From IMG/VR virus record IMGVR_UViG_3300003962_000007, positions 18,934-82,933 of that record: 64,000 bases of DNA, one strand, 5' to 3'. The stretch comes from a virus. Of this stretch, positions 37,190 through 47,006 are shown one piece after another; the stretch's first letter is position 1; the number at the start of each line of letters is the position of its first letter. Made by a program: the position numbers and the translations under genes. Under the pieces are notes generated by a model, which made no database searches, was not told the origin of the DNA, and saw only the letters and a program-made list of their open reading frames with translations.

Positions 37190-37809
37190 TATTTAGCTCC
37201 TTTTTTAAGGTTATCTTTAGCCCATAAAGGACGTAGGTTTGTATAATGACTTAATTTAAAAATTTCTTCAGGCGTTTGTGCTTTACCTATTGGTACAATG
37301 TGATCTATATGAATTTCTCCAGCAAGGAATTTATCCCAAGTCATCCCTTCTGTAAATTGTGATTCAATGTGCATTTTTAATTCTTCTCTACTACATCCGA
37401 TATAATCAGGATATTTAAAATCTTTTCTAAAATATTTTCGTCTAACAGCGTTTTTTGTTCTATTTCTGACTCTATAAATTAACTTAAAAATTATATCGTT
37501 TTTTCTTTCATGGTATCTTTTTCTTTTTAAAGCATTAATTTTTTCTCTATTATTTTTATCCCAAAGTTTTTGTCTAGGGTGTCTATAATTAGGGTTTTTT
37601 TCTCTAAATTTTTTAGTTCTTTGTCTATAATCTTGTTTATGCTCTTGATAATATTTTAAATAGTACTCTTTATTTTTATTTTTTCTACCGTCTCTATAAG
37701 CTTTTCTACAAAGCTTACATTCTCCTCTTAATCCGTCCTTTGTATTTTTTTCTTTATTATAATTATCAATAGATTGCTCTATATTACATTTAACACAAAT
37801 TTTAGTCAT
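37189..37809 (-). CDS. HNH-type (endonuclease VII-like) homing endonuclease
   Basis: CxxC...CxxC finger; IGCS.EEL..HIESQF..GMTW, HIDHIVP, HYTNLRPLWA.DNL.KG. Confidence 0.85.
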   Translation of the reverse strand: MTKICVKCNIEQSIDNYNKEKNTKDGLRGECKLCRKAYRDGRKNKNKEYYLKYYQEHKQDYRQRTKKFREKNPNYRHPRQKLWDKNNREKINALKRKRYHERKNDIIFKLIYRVRNRTKNAVRRKYFRKDFKYPDYIGCSREELKMHIESQFTEGMTWDKFLAGEIHIDHIVPIGKAQTPEEIFKLSHYTNLRPLWAKDNLKKGAK

Positions 37810-37812
37810 AAA

Positions 37813-37823
37813 ATAGTTGTTAA
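37813..37823 (-). promoter_or_regulatory. putative late promoter motif
   Basis: TTAACAACTAT, 3 nt before ATG 37809. Confidence 0.7.
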
Positions 37824-37870
37824 TTTCGGGTTAAATACAAAGCCTATAATTATAAGTTATTGAAATTGTT

Positions 37871-39103
37871 CTAGATTCTCCTTCTTACGCCCATGCGTAA
37901 CCAAGAAAGCATTCCTTTACGTTGAGTAACCTTCATCGTACTACCTTCAACGCGGTTATCTAATAAAGAACCCTCAGCATTTTTAACTTGAGCAAGCTTG
38001 GCATCTACCATTTGTAGTCCTTGCATGTCGCCTTGCGCAGCTAATATGCGACCGCACACTCTTTCCGCTAATCCACTGTGTAAATCAGAAGGAATTTGAG
38101 GAATAATACACTCATATTCTTGACAAATGTAATCACCTACTACGAAATTAGAAGGAATTACAGAAGGATCAAGAGAAATAGAGTCATCTGAAACAGAATT
38201 AGTAGGTAAATCAATACTAAAAGCTAGAGTTTTATGTCCAGCTTTAGTTTGTAAGAAGTCAATTTTAATTCCGTCTACTATATTAGAAGGTAGTAGCGAT
38301 TCAAATTGAATATTTACATTAGTTTCAACATTCATTCCTAAAGAATTAGAGCTTTCAATTTCTGTCGAAAGAACAGTATAAGTAATAGATACGGTGGCGG
38401 TAGAAGGCGAACCATTATTAGCTGAATAAGTAGCATCTAAATTAATAGCATTTACTAAATTAGTAGCCGTAGCTATAGAGTTTGCACCAATTTGAAATTC
38501 TAAGGCGGCAGGAGAACCAGCAACTGCTGTAAAAGTCTTAGAGCCTATAGTTAATGTGTCTCCAGCAACGATATTTGCGTTACTTACAACCACATTTTTA
38601 AAAAAAGACTCACAAATTGCAGCCCTGCTATTTAAAACAAGCTGATTTGGACGTAAGAAATAACTAAATACAAGCTTTCCTGTAGGTGTTGCGATGTTTT
38701 GAGGAGCCAAAACAACGTCACTGCCCTCAATATAATATTTCTGCATTAGGTTAGTAGTTGCAGTTTCTCTTTGCCAATAAGCCTTATCATTAGGATTAAT
38801 TCTAGTCATCTCAAAAAGATTGTTACTAGAATCTTTATAGAATACATCTCTTAGCTTTTGACCTAAAGCTCTTTCTGGAATCTCATAACGAGTTTTATTA
38901 GGCTCTAAATCTACATCCTTTGAAGTTACAAAATACTCTTCGTGGTAAATAAGAATATCTGGAACCTGAGAAATTAAGAGTTCCTCATTGGCGAACGCAA
39001 GAATATCTTCCTCTGAGAAAGTTCTTTGATTCAAAGGTATAGCTATCTTACGCTGTACGGAAGCAATAAGATCACTACTTGTGTAGTAGGGCTTAACCGA
39101 CAT
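37871..39103 (-). CDS. head-tail adaptor / tail tubular protein A with inserted beta domain
   Basis: T.SDLI..V.R, IL.FANEE, Y.IP, IP.DLH..L pattern; position before nozzle. Confidence 0.65.
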   Translation of the reverse strand: MSVKPYYTSSDLIASVQRKIAIPLNQRTFSEEDILAFANEELLISQVPDILIYHEEYFVTSKDVDLEPNKTRYEIPERALGQKLRDVFYKDSSNNLFEMTRINPNDKAYWQRETATTNLMQKYYIEGSDVVLAPQNIATPTGKLVFSYFLRPNQLVLNSRAAICESFFKNVVVSNANIVAGDTLTIGSKTFTAVAGSPAALEFQIGANSIATATNLVNAINLDATYSANNGSPSTATVSITYTVLSTEIESSNSLGMNVETNVNIQFESLLPSNIVDGIKIDFLQTKAGHKTLAFSIDLPTNSVSDDSISLDPSVIPSNFVVGDYICQEYECIIPQIPSDLHSGLAERVCGRILAAQGDMQGLQMVDAKLAQVKNAEGSLLDNRVEGSTMKVTQRKGMLSWLRMGVRRRI

Positions 39104-39113
39104 TTAAAGCTCC

Positions 39114-39491
39114 TTACGCTTGAGCTTGTTTCTTAGCTTTTAGCTCTTGTAGCTTTTTAATTTGTTCTTCGATTTGCTCAGGGGACATCTCTTCAGCGTC
39201 AGCAAGCATTTCATCAGACTCATGCTCTTCGTCAGACTCTTCCATTTCAGGCATTTCTTTTTCCTGTTCAGGAGCGCCAGCAACCATCTCCTCAGCTTTT
39301 TCTAGGCCTTCTTTAAGACCCTCTTTAGAGTCAGAAGCAACAGTTACTTTTTTAAGACCTTTTAGTTTATCTCTTAGCATTTCACCAGCTTGAGAGCTTA
39401 GGTCTTTAAGTACACCCATTTTAGCTTCCTTCTCAACAGGATTAAGCTTTTTACCCTTTTTTTCTAGTTTCTTCATTAGTTTATCTTGCAT
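39114..39491 (-). CDS. highly charged hypothetical protein
   Basis: AAGGA SD; K/E-rich. Confidence 0.7.
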   Translation of the reverse strand: MQDKLMKKLEKKGKKLNPVEKEAKMGVLKDLSSQAGEMLRDKLKGLKKVTVASDSKEGLKEGLEKAEEMVAGAPEQEKEMPEMEESDEEHESDEMLADAEEMSPEQIEEQIKKLQELKAKKQAQA

Positions 39492-39502
39492 TTTAATTTT
39501 CC

Positions 39503-39961
39503 TTATTTTACCACGTTAGTTATTAAAATCCCAATCATAGCTAAAGTCTGAGTAATTAAGCAAACTTTAACAATCATTGGCATATTATAATTCTTTTGTT
39601 CGATACCTTGTACTTCAGTTTCCTTAACAATTACAGGTTTTTCAATTTCAATAATCTTAAATTCTGTTACAACTACTGGAATCTGTACTTCTTTAACTTC
39701 AACTTCTTTAATTATTACAGGAACTTCTTTAATTTCTATTTGTTTAATAATTTCAGGAACTTTAATTTCCTTAACTTCAAGCTCTTTAACAACAATTTGT
39801 TCAAAATTAGGCAGTTTTAATTCGGGAATATTGATATTATCTGCTTTAATTTCTAAACCGTCGACAACTGTAACCCTAATTGCATCTTTAGTAGGATCAA
39901 ATGTCCTATTGGCCATCTGATATTCGTCTAAATTCGACAAGTTAGGGTTATTATTGCTCAT
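39503..39961 (-). CDS. V/I-K-E repeat protein with C-terminal TM
   Basis: IKEVPVIIKEVEVKEVQIPVVV low-complexity repeats. Confidence 0.65.
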   Translation of the reverse strand: MSNNNPNLSNLDEYQMANRTFDPTKDAIRVTVVDGLEIKADNINIPELKLPNFEQIVVKELEVKEIKVPEIIKQIEIKEVPVIIKEVEVKEVQIPVVVTEFKIIEIEKPVIVKETEVQGIEQKNYNMPMIVKVCLITQTLAMIGILITNVVK

Positions 39962-39964
39962 ATA

Positions 39965-39975
39965 TTAGTTGTTAA
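39965..39975 (-). promoter_or_regulatory. putative late promoter motif
   Basis: TTAACAACTAA, 3 nt before ATG 39961. Confidence 0.7.
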
Positions 39976-39978
39976 TTG

Positions 39979-41607
39979 TTAAACCGTCGTGGTCTGTGCT
40001 CTAAACTTGATGGTTCCAGAGCTAAAACCCGTTACAGATCCAATAGTTACCCGTACTTGACCAGCAGATGTAATATTAAACGATAGACTTGGTATAGAAT
40101 CGCCAGTATATAATTGACTAATCTGCCAATCAGACCCTCTTTGGATGCCTTGTAGCTCGTATACAGCGAATAAGTCAGCAGTAGCATCGATTACTATCGA
40201 AACTTGGGCTTTAAACGATCTAACTGTAGCGTTATTAAAAGCAAATCCAGTAATAACTTGATCTGCGGTATTGTTTGCCAAACCAGTAAAGCTAGATTCA
40301 TTAATATCGCCAGCAGAGTTAACAGCAATTCCAGTTAAGAAATTAGCTCTAGTCATGCTCTTTAGAGCGCCAGCAGAGTTATCGTAAATTAATACTTTGT
40401 CAGCATTATCTGCAGAAGTTTCAACAGTAGTACCGTTAATATCTACTGACAAGTTTCTAGTGGCAGTAATATCACCGCCACCGGTTAATCCAGAGGTATT
40501 AGCAGCAGTAGCAATTTGCACTGTAGAGTGGTCTACGTGCTCATTAGCTACAAAGTTATTAAGAGCGTCATGGTCTACACCAGCAGGTAATACAGCGGCT
40601 GTAATAGAAGGAGTACCGTCGTTATAAGTAAAGTCAATAGAAGCACTATCAACTAAAATAGTTCCTACTGCGTCTTGAGCACGTTCGTCTGTGAAATATA
40701 AGTTAGTAGAACCTTCGGAAATATCGTCACTATCTAAGGACACGACTCCAGTTTGACCGTTTACAGACGAAACTGCATCGGTCATATCCCATTTTTCCCA
40801 AATAGTTCCATTATAAACTACATTATCGCCAACTTCAAAAGAAATACTGCCGGAGCCTAAATCTTGTGAACCTGCAACAGATACTCTATATAGGTCACCA
40901 ACGTCACCAACTCCATCGGCTAATGTTGGAGTATTGGTAGAAGCGTTCCAAGTGCCTTCATATGTTATTGGGTTCGGTAAAGAGCCAATTGCATCTTCTA
41001 GGTCTTGTAGAGCGCCTTTAATTGTTTCATTATCTGCAATCGTTGAACCAGTAAATGAACCTAAATTAGTAGCATTAGCTGCAACTCCAGTTAGAGTAAT
41101 TAAATTAGATACGTTTGTAGCGCTAGCTTTATTATCTAGTTGAGTTTGAACGGCAGAATTAACGCCGGAAAGGTATCCAAGTTCCGTAGAGGTTACAGAA
41201 GAAGCAGAAATTTCACCGGCACCATCGGATTGAAGCGCTCTACTAGCAGTTAGAGCTTCTAGTTTAGAAAGCTCAATAGCTGCAGAAGTGTTAATATCGG
41301 CATTAACAATAACTCCAGCTTTAATTGTTAAGCCGCCAGTGGAGTCCGCGTCAATATCGCCAACAGTAGCGCTATCTACAGATACGGAAACGTTAGAACC
41401 GTTACCAATTAAGATATGACCATCGTTAAGAGTTAATCCGACAAGCGTTAAAGCTTGATCTGGAACTTCTTGCCAGTTACCGCCGATATATTGCTTAAGA
41501 ACTCCATCGGTAGTATTGTAGTAAATAGTACCATTTTCTGCCCCAGCAGGGTCAGAAGGTAGTTGTGCTAGACGAATTGCATTACCATATTTTAAGATAT
41601 CAGACAT
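39979..41607 (-). CDS. tail/head fibre protein
   Basis: G.IYYNTT, YEGTWNASTNTP, VSSVNGQTGVVSL, EGSTNLYFTDERA fibre motifs. Confidence 0.75.
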   Translation of the reverse strand: MSDILKYGNAIRLAQLPSDPAGAENGTIYYNTTDGVLKQYIGGNWQEVPDQALTLVGLTLNDGHILIGNGSNVSVSVDSATVGDIDADSTGGLTIKAGVIVNADINTSAAIELSKLEALTASRALQSDGAGEISASSVTSTELGYLSGVNSAVQTQLDNKASATNVSNLITLTGVAANATNLGSFTGSTIADNETIKGALQDLEDAIGSLPNPITYEGTWNASTNTPTLADGVGDVGDLYRVSVAGSQDLGSGSISFEVGDNVVYNGTIWEKWDMTDAVSSVNGQTGVVSLDSDDISEGSTNLYFTDERAQDAVGTILVDSASIDFTYNDGTPSITAAVLPAGVDHDALNNFVANEHVDHSTVQIATAANTSGLTGGGDITATRNLSVDINGTTVETSADNADKVLIYDNSAGALKSMTRANFLTGIAVNSAGDINESSFTGLANNTADQVITGFAFNNATVRSFKAQVSIVIDATADLFAVYELQGIQRGSDWQISQLYTGDSIPSLSFNITSAGQVRVTIGSVTGFSSGTIKFRAQTTTV

Positions 41608-41610
41608 TGA

Positions 41611-42177
41611 TTAACTCCATTGTTCGATTGAATATTTAAACGTACCATTAAACCCTGTATTTGTAGTTGTATATGTAACAAGGACGTTAGCCCCAGAGAT
41701 TAAAACTCCAAAACTAACACCAACTACGCCTTGTTCAACAAATCCACTATCTGCTATAGTAGCAGAAGAACTATCATTTACAATTAATAGTCTTCCTGCT
41801 TTTAAAGCACCATTTCTTTCTATGCTATAATTAATAAAAGTAAATTTATTACTAGCATGAGGATAAGAAATTGCAGTAGAAGTTGTATTATCTAATAACG
41901 TATTAGGACCTTGTAGGTCTAAAGCTCCCGCTTTAATATTAGCATGAGAAATTTCAGCTCTAATACCATCTGCTTGTATGTCTAAAGCCACAAGTTTGAA
42001 ATTACTGTCAGCGGGAACTGTGGATAGTTTAACATCGCCAGTTACGTCGGTTCCACCGCTAACTGAAAAGTCAATAGAATTACTATCAACAACGCCAGTA
42101 AGCGTGCCACCACCGCCTCCACCGCCGGAACCCTTTATATCAAACTGTCCTGTAATAGGATTAAAGGAAATTCCCAT
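41611..42177 (-). CDS. virion structural protein
   Basis: FNPITGQFD + poly-Gly linker; C-terminal domain shared with 39979 and 46442 genes. Confidence 0.65.
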   Translation of the reverse strand: MGISFNPITGQFDIKGSGGGGGGGTLTGVVDSNSIDFSVSGGTDVTGDVKLSTVPADSNFKLVALDIQADGIRAEISHANIKAGALDLQGPNTLLDNTTSTAISYPHASNKFTFINYSIERNGALKAGRLLIVNDSSSATIADSGFVEQGVVGVSFGVLISGANVLVTYTTTNTGFNGTFKYSIEQWS

Positions 42178-42186
42178 TTTTATTCC

Positions 42187-42441
42187 TTATACTATTCTTT
42201 CAGCGACATCAATTTCGTCGTGGCTAGAATTATTATACGTTACTCTAATTGTATATAATAAAACAGCACCATCAAAAAATTCATAATCATCAACAGTTGC
42301 ACTAATCGCTGTTCTTTCAACCTTATGGCCAACTTTTCCAGCTAAAAAAGAACCAACAGCAATAGAGCCGTCAGGGTTGTAAATTTTTTGCATTATCTGT
42401 GTTTGATCGTATTCTGATAATCTTTTAGTAGTTTCTGACAT
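42187..42441 (-). CDS. virion-associated hypothetical protein
   Basis: 84-aa ORF in structural cluster. Confidence 0.6.
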   Translation of the reverse strand: MSETTKRLSEYDQTQIMQKIYNPDGSIAVGSFLAGKVGHKVERTAISATVDDYEFFDGAVLLYTIRVTYNNSSHDEIDVAERIV

Positions 42442-42442
42442 A

Positions 42443-42862
42443 TTAAGCCTTTATACGTTGTTTAATTTTATATTGACGCATTTCTGATCTATTACAAATG
42501 TCGCCTAAAAGTTGTTTAGTACCTTCAGTAGCACCCTGAGAAATTATCATTGGAACTAACTTACAAAGGTCCATCTCCATTTGTAAAAGATGTTTATAAA
42601 AAGAACCATTTTCTTTCATTCCGACAGAGGGAGCCATAGCTAGCTTAGCAGAAACTCCAGCTAGAATATCTTGAAGCTTTAAAGGCATTTCTCCCATTAA
42701 TCCAATCGTTCTTTCAGCAACGTCATCATATTCATTTTCTAGTTTTGTATATACTTCACCAAAAAACTCATGGTCTGCATGAAAAGGAACTCTAGCTACA
42801 AGAAGATGTGCTGAATGAGTGAATAAGTGCATAGCTCTAAGATGAATTAATAGCTCTTTCAT
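42443..42862 (-). CDS. Dps/ferritin-like protein
   Basis: HSAHLLV...F.ADH.FFGEVY..LE...D.VAER....G matches the Dps ferroxidase pattern. Confidence 0.75.
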   Translation of the reverse strand: MKELLIHLRAMHLFTHSAHLLVARVPFHADHEFFGEVYTKLENEYDDVAERTIGLMGEMPLKLQDILAGVSAKLAMAPSVGMKENGSFYKHLLQMEMDLCKLVPMIISQGATEGTKQLLGDICNRSEMRQYKIKQRIKA

Positions 42863-42863
42863 T

Positions 42864-43076
42864 TTATTCCTTTTCTATTACAGTACCCTTAGCTGTAGTA
42901 AACTTACGTCCGGCGTATAGCGCTGCAGCGGCCCCGTATAATTCAAAAGCTACACTCGTGGACTTTACTACACCGGATATTTCTAAACCTATAGCTATAA
43001 CACAAATAACAAAAGATGTTATTAAAAGTGTAACACTTACAGATTGTTCTTTTGTTCTCGGGTCAACAATCCACAT
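42864..43076 (-). CDS. two-TM protein (possible holin)
   Basis: DP.TK..SVS.T then two TM helices, YAGRKF tail. Confidence 0.55.
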   Translation of the reverse strand: MWIVDPRTKEQSVSVTLLITSFVICVIAIGLEISGVVKSTSVAFELYGAAAALYAGRKFTTAKGTVIEKE

Positions 43077-43078
43077 AA

Positions 43079-43567
43079 TTACTCTATAATACTCGCTCTA
43101 GCTGCAGCTCTTGCATCAAGAATTTCTTGAGGAATAGCTACCCCTGTTTCTTCTTTACGAATTACGTACCAATCTGTAGAAGCTAGATAGGCTCTAGCGT
43201 CTCTATTGGTTTTAGCTTGATTTTCAGCATCGATTACTGCTTGATGGGCAGGTAATACAGACTGTTTTTTTCTAAGTTTACGAACAAGCCTTTGTTGAGG
43301 TTGATCAGTATATACAACATTACCTTGCTCATCGAGAATAGGTTGATCATTTTCGTCTACTTCAGGAATGTATAAAACATTACCTTGTATATCTAAAATG
43401 TCTTCTAGTTCATCATACGCTTCCATACGACCAACTTCAGCATCGTTTCTGATAGGTCCATGAAGTCTTTCGTCCCATAAAATTTCTGCGTCGGAAGTTA
43501 CAGAACCGCTAGGTCCTACCTCTACTAAATGTTGTTTATCATTAAAATTAAATAGTATTTTAGCCAT
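43079..43567 (-). CDS. tail fibre assembly chaperone-like protein
   Basis: ARAYLASTDWYVIR..ETG..IP......R..AR motif; directly after fibre gene. Confidence 0.65.
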   Translation of the reverse strand: MAKILFNFNDKQHLVEVGPSGSVTSDAEILWDERLHGPIRNDAEVGRMEAYDELEDILDIQGNVLYIPEVDENDQPILDEQGNVVYTDQPQQRLVRKLRKKQSVLPAHQAVIDAENQAKTNRDARAYLASTDWYVIRKEETGVAIPQEILDARAAARASIIE

Positions 43568-46434
43568 TAGTTACTTACCTTTGTAATTACAAAACAAGTT
43601 TCAGCATCGCCAGTACCAGATGGCGATCCGTTCGTGTGTGGTCTAATCACATCTCCTGCTTTCATAAATCCAGTGTAAGACGCAGGTGCAACAACAACAA
43701 CGCCACTGCTATTATAAGCAGCCTGTAGCCTATTTATATTATTAATGCTAGCAATATCAGTGGTTAATTGATTAGAATTTAAACTTATTCCATATTGTAG
43801 AGTTGTACCTCCAACCTCTAGATAACTAATAGAATAAATTCCATCCTCATTGATTAAGAAGGATGCTCCTAAAGTAGCGCTATCGGTATAAGTAATTGCT
43901 GAACCAATCGATTCTAACGTGGTCACCATTCTTCTTATTTTTGTGTTTGTTGAACCATGACCATTACCTCCGGTAACTCTAATCATGCTTCTAGGTTCTT
44001 GTACGCCAACAGATAAAGCATTCTCACTTACTTGTATATCAAAATAAGGGTCTGAAACAACCGCATTACCAGTTGCGTCGAGCCCTGAATAATGGTTTGT
44101 TCTTCCTCCGCCAGTATATAAAGTTGACGTAATTGTAAATATTCCGGTTACGGGGTCATAACTTTTTAAATATCCAACATCCTGTGTTGTAGAAAACACA
44201 AATGGGCTAGTGTCTACAAACCCAGTCCTTCCAGAGTTTGCATACCATTGTTCTTTTATAACCTTGTTTTTACCAACAAAAATTTCATATTTAGTTGGCT
44301 CGTTGTTTGTATCGGCAGACCCCCAGGCGTTTCCTTGATAAATTCTTATACCATTAGAAGAAGAGGGAGAATCGGTCGGCGATCCGTTTGTTTCTGTAAA
44401 AGTAGTAGCCGATGAGTTTCTTAAGTAGCTTCTATACTCCCCTAGCTTAGTAGGAGCAGTACCAGTAACTCTAGTGCCGTTGGCTAGGTAAGAGCTAATT
44501 AGGAATGTGGAGGATTCGGCCATGCTAACATTCGATGAAAGGCCGGAAACTGGTACTTCAAAATAGAATGTAGCGGGCTCATTACTAAATAAAAGAGTTC
44601 CCCCGCTAACTTTTTGCAATCCTGTAGTTCCTGTTTGATATGCTAAAAATACTTTATTAGAAGTTGAACCATCTACAAACAAGACACCGTATAACCCGGC
44701 ATATATTGCACTAGTGCTTGAATTATATGCACTGTATAACTCGCCTACTATCGAACCGTTGTTTTCGGTTGATATTTTTAAATAATCTATTGTTTTTCCG
44801 GCTGGTAAAACTAAAGCAAATGTACCTGCTCCTGTAGTACCCGCAGTAAATGTTCCGTAATATCTTAGTTTATCACCAACACGTTGCTCAAATATTTTAA
44901 TGTTAGTAGCCGTACCAACGTCTTCTATTACAACTTTATCTGAAACATCAATGGAATCACTGCCAGCTAATCCGACAGGAGTAGAATCAGGAGTAACCAC
45001 CACATCGTCAAATTGAATAGTAACTGCATCGGTATTAACTGCTCTAGCTATATGAAGACCAACACGAACTTGTTCAGTATTAGAGGATACACTAAATATA
45101 CAATAACCGGTTCCTCTAGCTCCTAGTATTTTACCGCTAGTAAAAGGTGTAATTACGACAGAATTAGTAATGTCATAAGCAAATAATCTAATATCATCTT
45201 CAACTACAGTTCCCGTAAGAGTAAAAGGAAACTTAAAGGTAAGAGTTTTACCTCTATATGCTGTAGGAATATTTACAACACAGCTAACACCTTCTCCTTG
45301 ACGAGTAGCGCCAGAAGAAATTACCATTTCAAAAGAACCAACTCCATTTATTTCATTAGAAGTAGTTCTTGAAATAGTTGTATTAGGAGAACCGCCAGTC
45401 ATATCAACGGGAGCGGTTCCAGCAGCATCAGCATAAGCTACCCAATCACCAACACTGGCTTCAGCATTAAAGTTATTTGTTTTATCGGCGGCCCAATTAT
45501 TAGCCGCCGTATTTAAAAGCATTAAGTTTAGACCAGCAGTAAATCCAGGACCACCAGAACCAACTTCTTCTTCAAGACCTGAGCTATTTAGTTTATAAAG
45601 TTTACCATCTGTTTTAAAATAAGTCTTATAAAATCCAGCAGAAGGATTAGAAGGAGTAGAAGCTTGATCGTCCCAAGTAATAATATCCGTTGAAGGAGTA
45701 TTTAATGTTGGGGAAGAAAGAGTTTTATTAGAAAGAGTTTGAGTATCAGATGTACCAACAACATCACCAGTTACGCCGTGAGTTGAAGTATCGGAAATAT
45801 GGTTAGAAAGGTCTGTGCTTGTAGCGCGTGTATCTACGTCAGATTGAAGCTCATTAAGAGCAGCTTGTACGTCAGTGGCGGCTAAGTTTCCAGAAGGAAC
45901 GTTAGAAATCGCTGAGGCATCATGAGCATCTGTTGCGTCCGTAATATGACTTTGAATGTCTCCATCTAATTCGTTAATAGCAGCTTGAACGTCGGTAGCT
46001 GCAATAGAACCAGCGGGAACGTTACTAATAGCAGATGCATCATGTGCATCCGAAGCGTCTGTAATGTGGTCATTAAGAGCTGTAGCTGATGCTGTGTTGT
46101 TTAATTGGGTTTGAATGTCAGAAGTAACACCGCCTAGATATTGAAATTCGGTGTTGGATACGCTTCCATCAGCAATTTTAGAAGCATCAATAGCTGCACC
46201 AGCTTTAATGTCCGCGTTTTCGATATTTGTAATAGTGTTACTATCGGCATCAATCGTTTTATTGGTTAAAGTAGAAGCATGAGCTTCAGTAACAATAGGA
46301 GAAGCAGTAGTTCCATTATGGTAATTAAGCTTACCCGAACTATCGAGAACTTCCATCTCTCCTTTTGTGTCAATAGAAGAAGAGGAAACTGGAATTAACC
46401 CTAGTCCAATGAGAAATTTACGAATATTTACCAT
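43567..46434 (-). CDS. long tail fibre / receptor-binding protein
   Basis: TLTNKT motifs, tandem HITDAxDAHDASAISNVPxGxxAATDVQAAxNEL repeats, beta-rich C-terminal domains. Confidence 0.8.
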   Translation of the reverse strand: MVNIRKFLIGLGLIPVSSSSIDTKGEMEVLDSSGKLNYHNGTTASPIVTEAHASTLTNKTIDADSNTITNIENADIKAGAAIDASKIADGSVSNTEFQYLGGVTSDIQTQLNNTASATALNDHITDASDAHDASAISNVPAGSIAATDVQAAINELDGDIQSHITDATDAHDASAISNVPSGNLAATDVQAALNELQSDVDTRATSTDLSNHISDTSTHGVTGDVVGTSDTQTLSNKTLSSPTLNTPSTDIITWDDQASTPSNPSAGFYKTYFKTDGKLYKLNSSGLEEEVGSGGPGFTAGLNLMLLNTAANNWAADKTNNFNAEASVGDWVAYADAAGTAPVDMTGGSPNTTISRTTSNEINGVGSFEMVISSGATRQGEGVSCVVNIPTAYRGKTLTFKFPFTLTGTVVEDDIRLFAYDITNSVVITPFTSGKILGARGTGYCIFSVSSNTEQVRVGLHIARAVNTDAVTIQFDDVVVTPDSTPVGLAGSDSIDVSDKVVIEDVGTATNIKIFEQRVGDKLRYYGTFTAGTTGAGTFALVLPAGKTIDYLKISTENNGSIVGELYSAYNSSTSAIYAGLYGVLFVDGSTSNKVFLAYQTGTTGLQKVSGGTLLFSNEPATFYFEVPVSGLSSNVSMAESSTFLISSYLANGTRVTGTAPTKLGEYRSYLRNSSATTFTETNGSPTDSPSSSNGIRIYQGNAWGSADTNNEPTKYEIFVGKNKVIKEQWYANSGRTGFVDTSPFVFSTTQDVGYLKSYDPVTGIFTITSTLYTGGGRTNHYSGLDATGNAVVSDPYFDIQVSENALSVGVQEPRSMIRVTGGNGHGSTNTKIRRMVTTLESIGSAITYTDSATLGASFLINEDGIYSISYLEVGGTTLQYGISLNSNQLTTDIASINNINRLQAAYNSSGVVVVAPASYTGFMKAGDVIRPHTNGSPSGTGDAETCFVITKVSN

Positions 46435-46441
46435 GAAATAA

Positions 46442-46930
46442 TTACTCCTGCTCTAAAGACCTGGCATCAAAGACGAGCTTTCCTTGATGGTTTGTTCCAG
46501 CAAGCGCTGTACTGTCGAACCTAAATTGTCCACTGTCGGTTACTTTAAAAATTAATTGACCACCACTACCTGTTTTATTACCTGTGGTAAGAGTCCATTT
46601 GCTATTAACCGGATTAGTGGGATTATACATCGCAATCATATCACCGGCTTCATATGCTGTATTGCTGTCGGTAGTTCTATAGATAGAATAGCGTATAAAG
46701 ACCGCTCTTACAGCGTCAGTGGGAAAAGAAAGATTGGTAATATCTACGTCTGTTGCAGAATTAAACGCGGCTAAATCGAAAGCCTGAGGCGCTACGTCGT
46801 AGGTGCCAATAGAAATAGCCAAGGCTTGTTCTACTGCTTGCATGAACTGAATTAAAGCAGGGGCCCAGTTGGGAGAATCGCCGCTATCTGGCGCGTCTAT
46901 TACTTGTCCGTTGATTATAAGTTGGGGCAT
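46442..46930 (-). CDS. virion structural protein
   Basis: 162 aa; C-terminal domain paralogous to those of 39979 and 41611 genes. Confidence 0.65.
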   Translation of the reverse strand: MPQLIINGQVIDAPDSGDSPNWAPALIQFMQAVEQALAISIGTYDVAPQAFDLAAFNSATDVDITNLSFPTDAVRAVFIRYSIYRTTDSNTAYEAGDMIAMYNPTNPVNSKWTLTTGNKTGSGGQLIFKVTDSGQFRFDSTALAGTNHQGKLVFDARSLEQE

Positions 46931-46936
46931 GTCAAT

Positions 46937-46947
46937 ATAGTTGTTAA
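46937..46947 (-). promoter_or_regulatory. putative late promoter motif
   Basis: TTAACAACTAT, 6 nt before ATG 46930. Confidence 0.7.
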
Positions 46948-47006
46948 AAGTCGATTAAACTATATTGAAATGATTTAAGTGCTAGATTTTGTTGGATTTT
47001 TTGATG

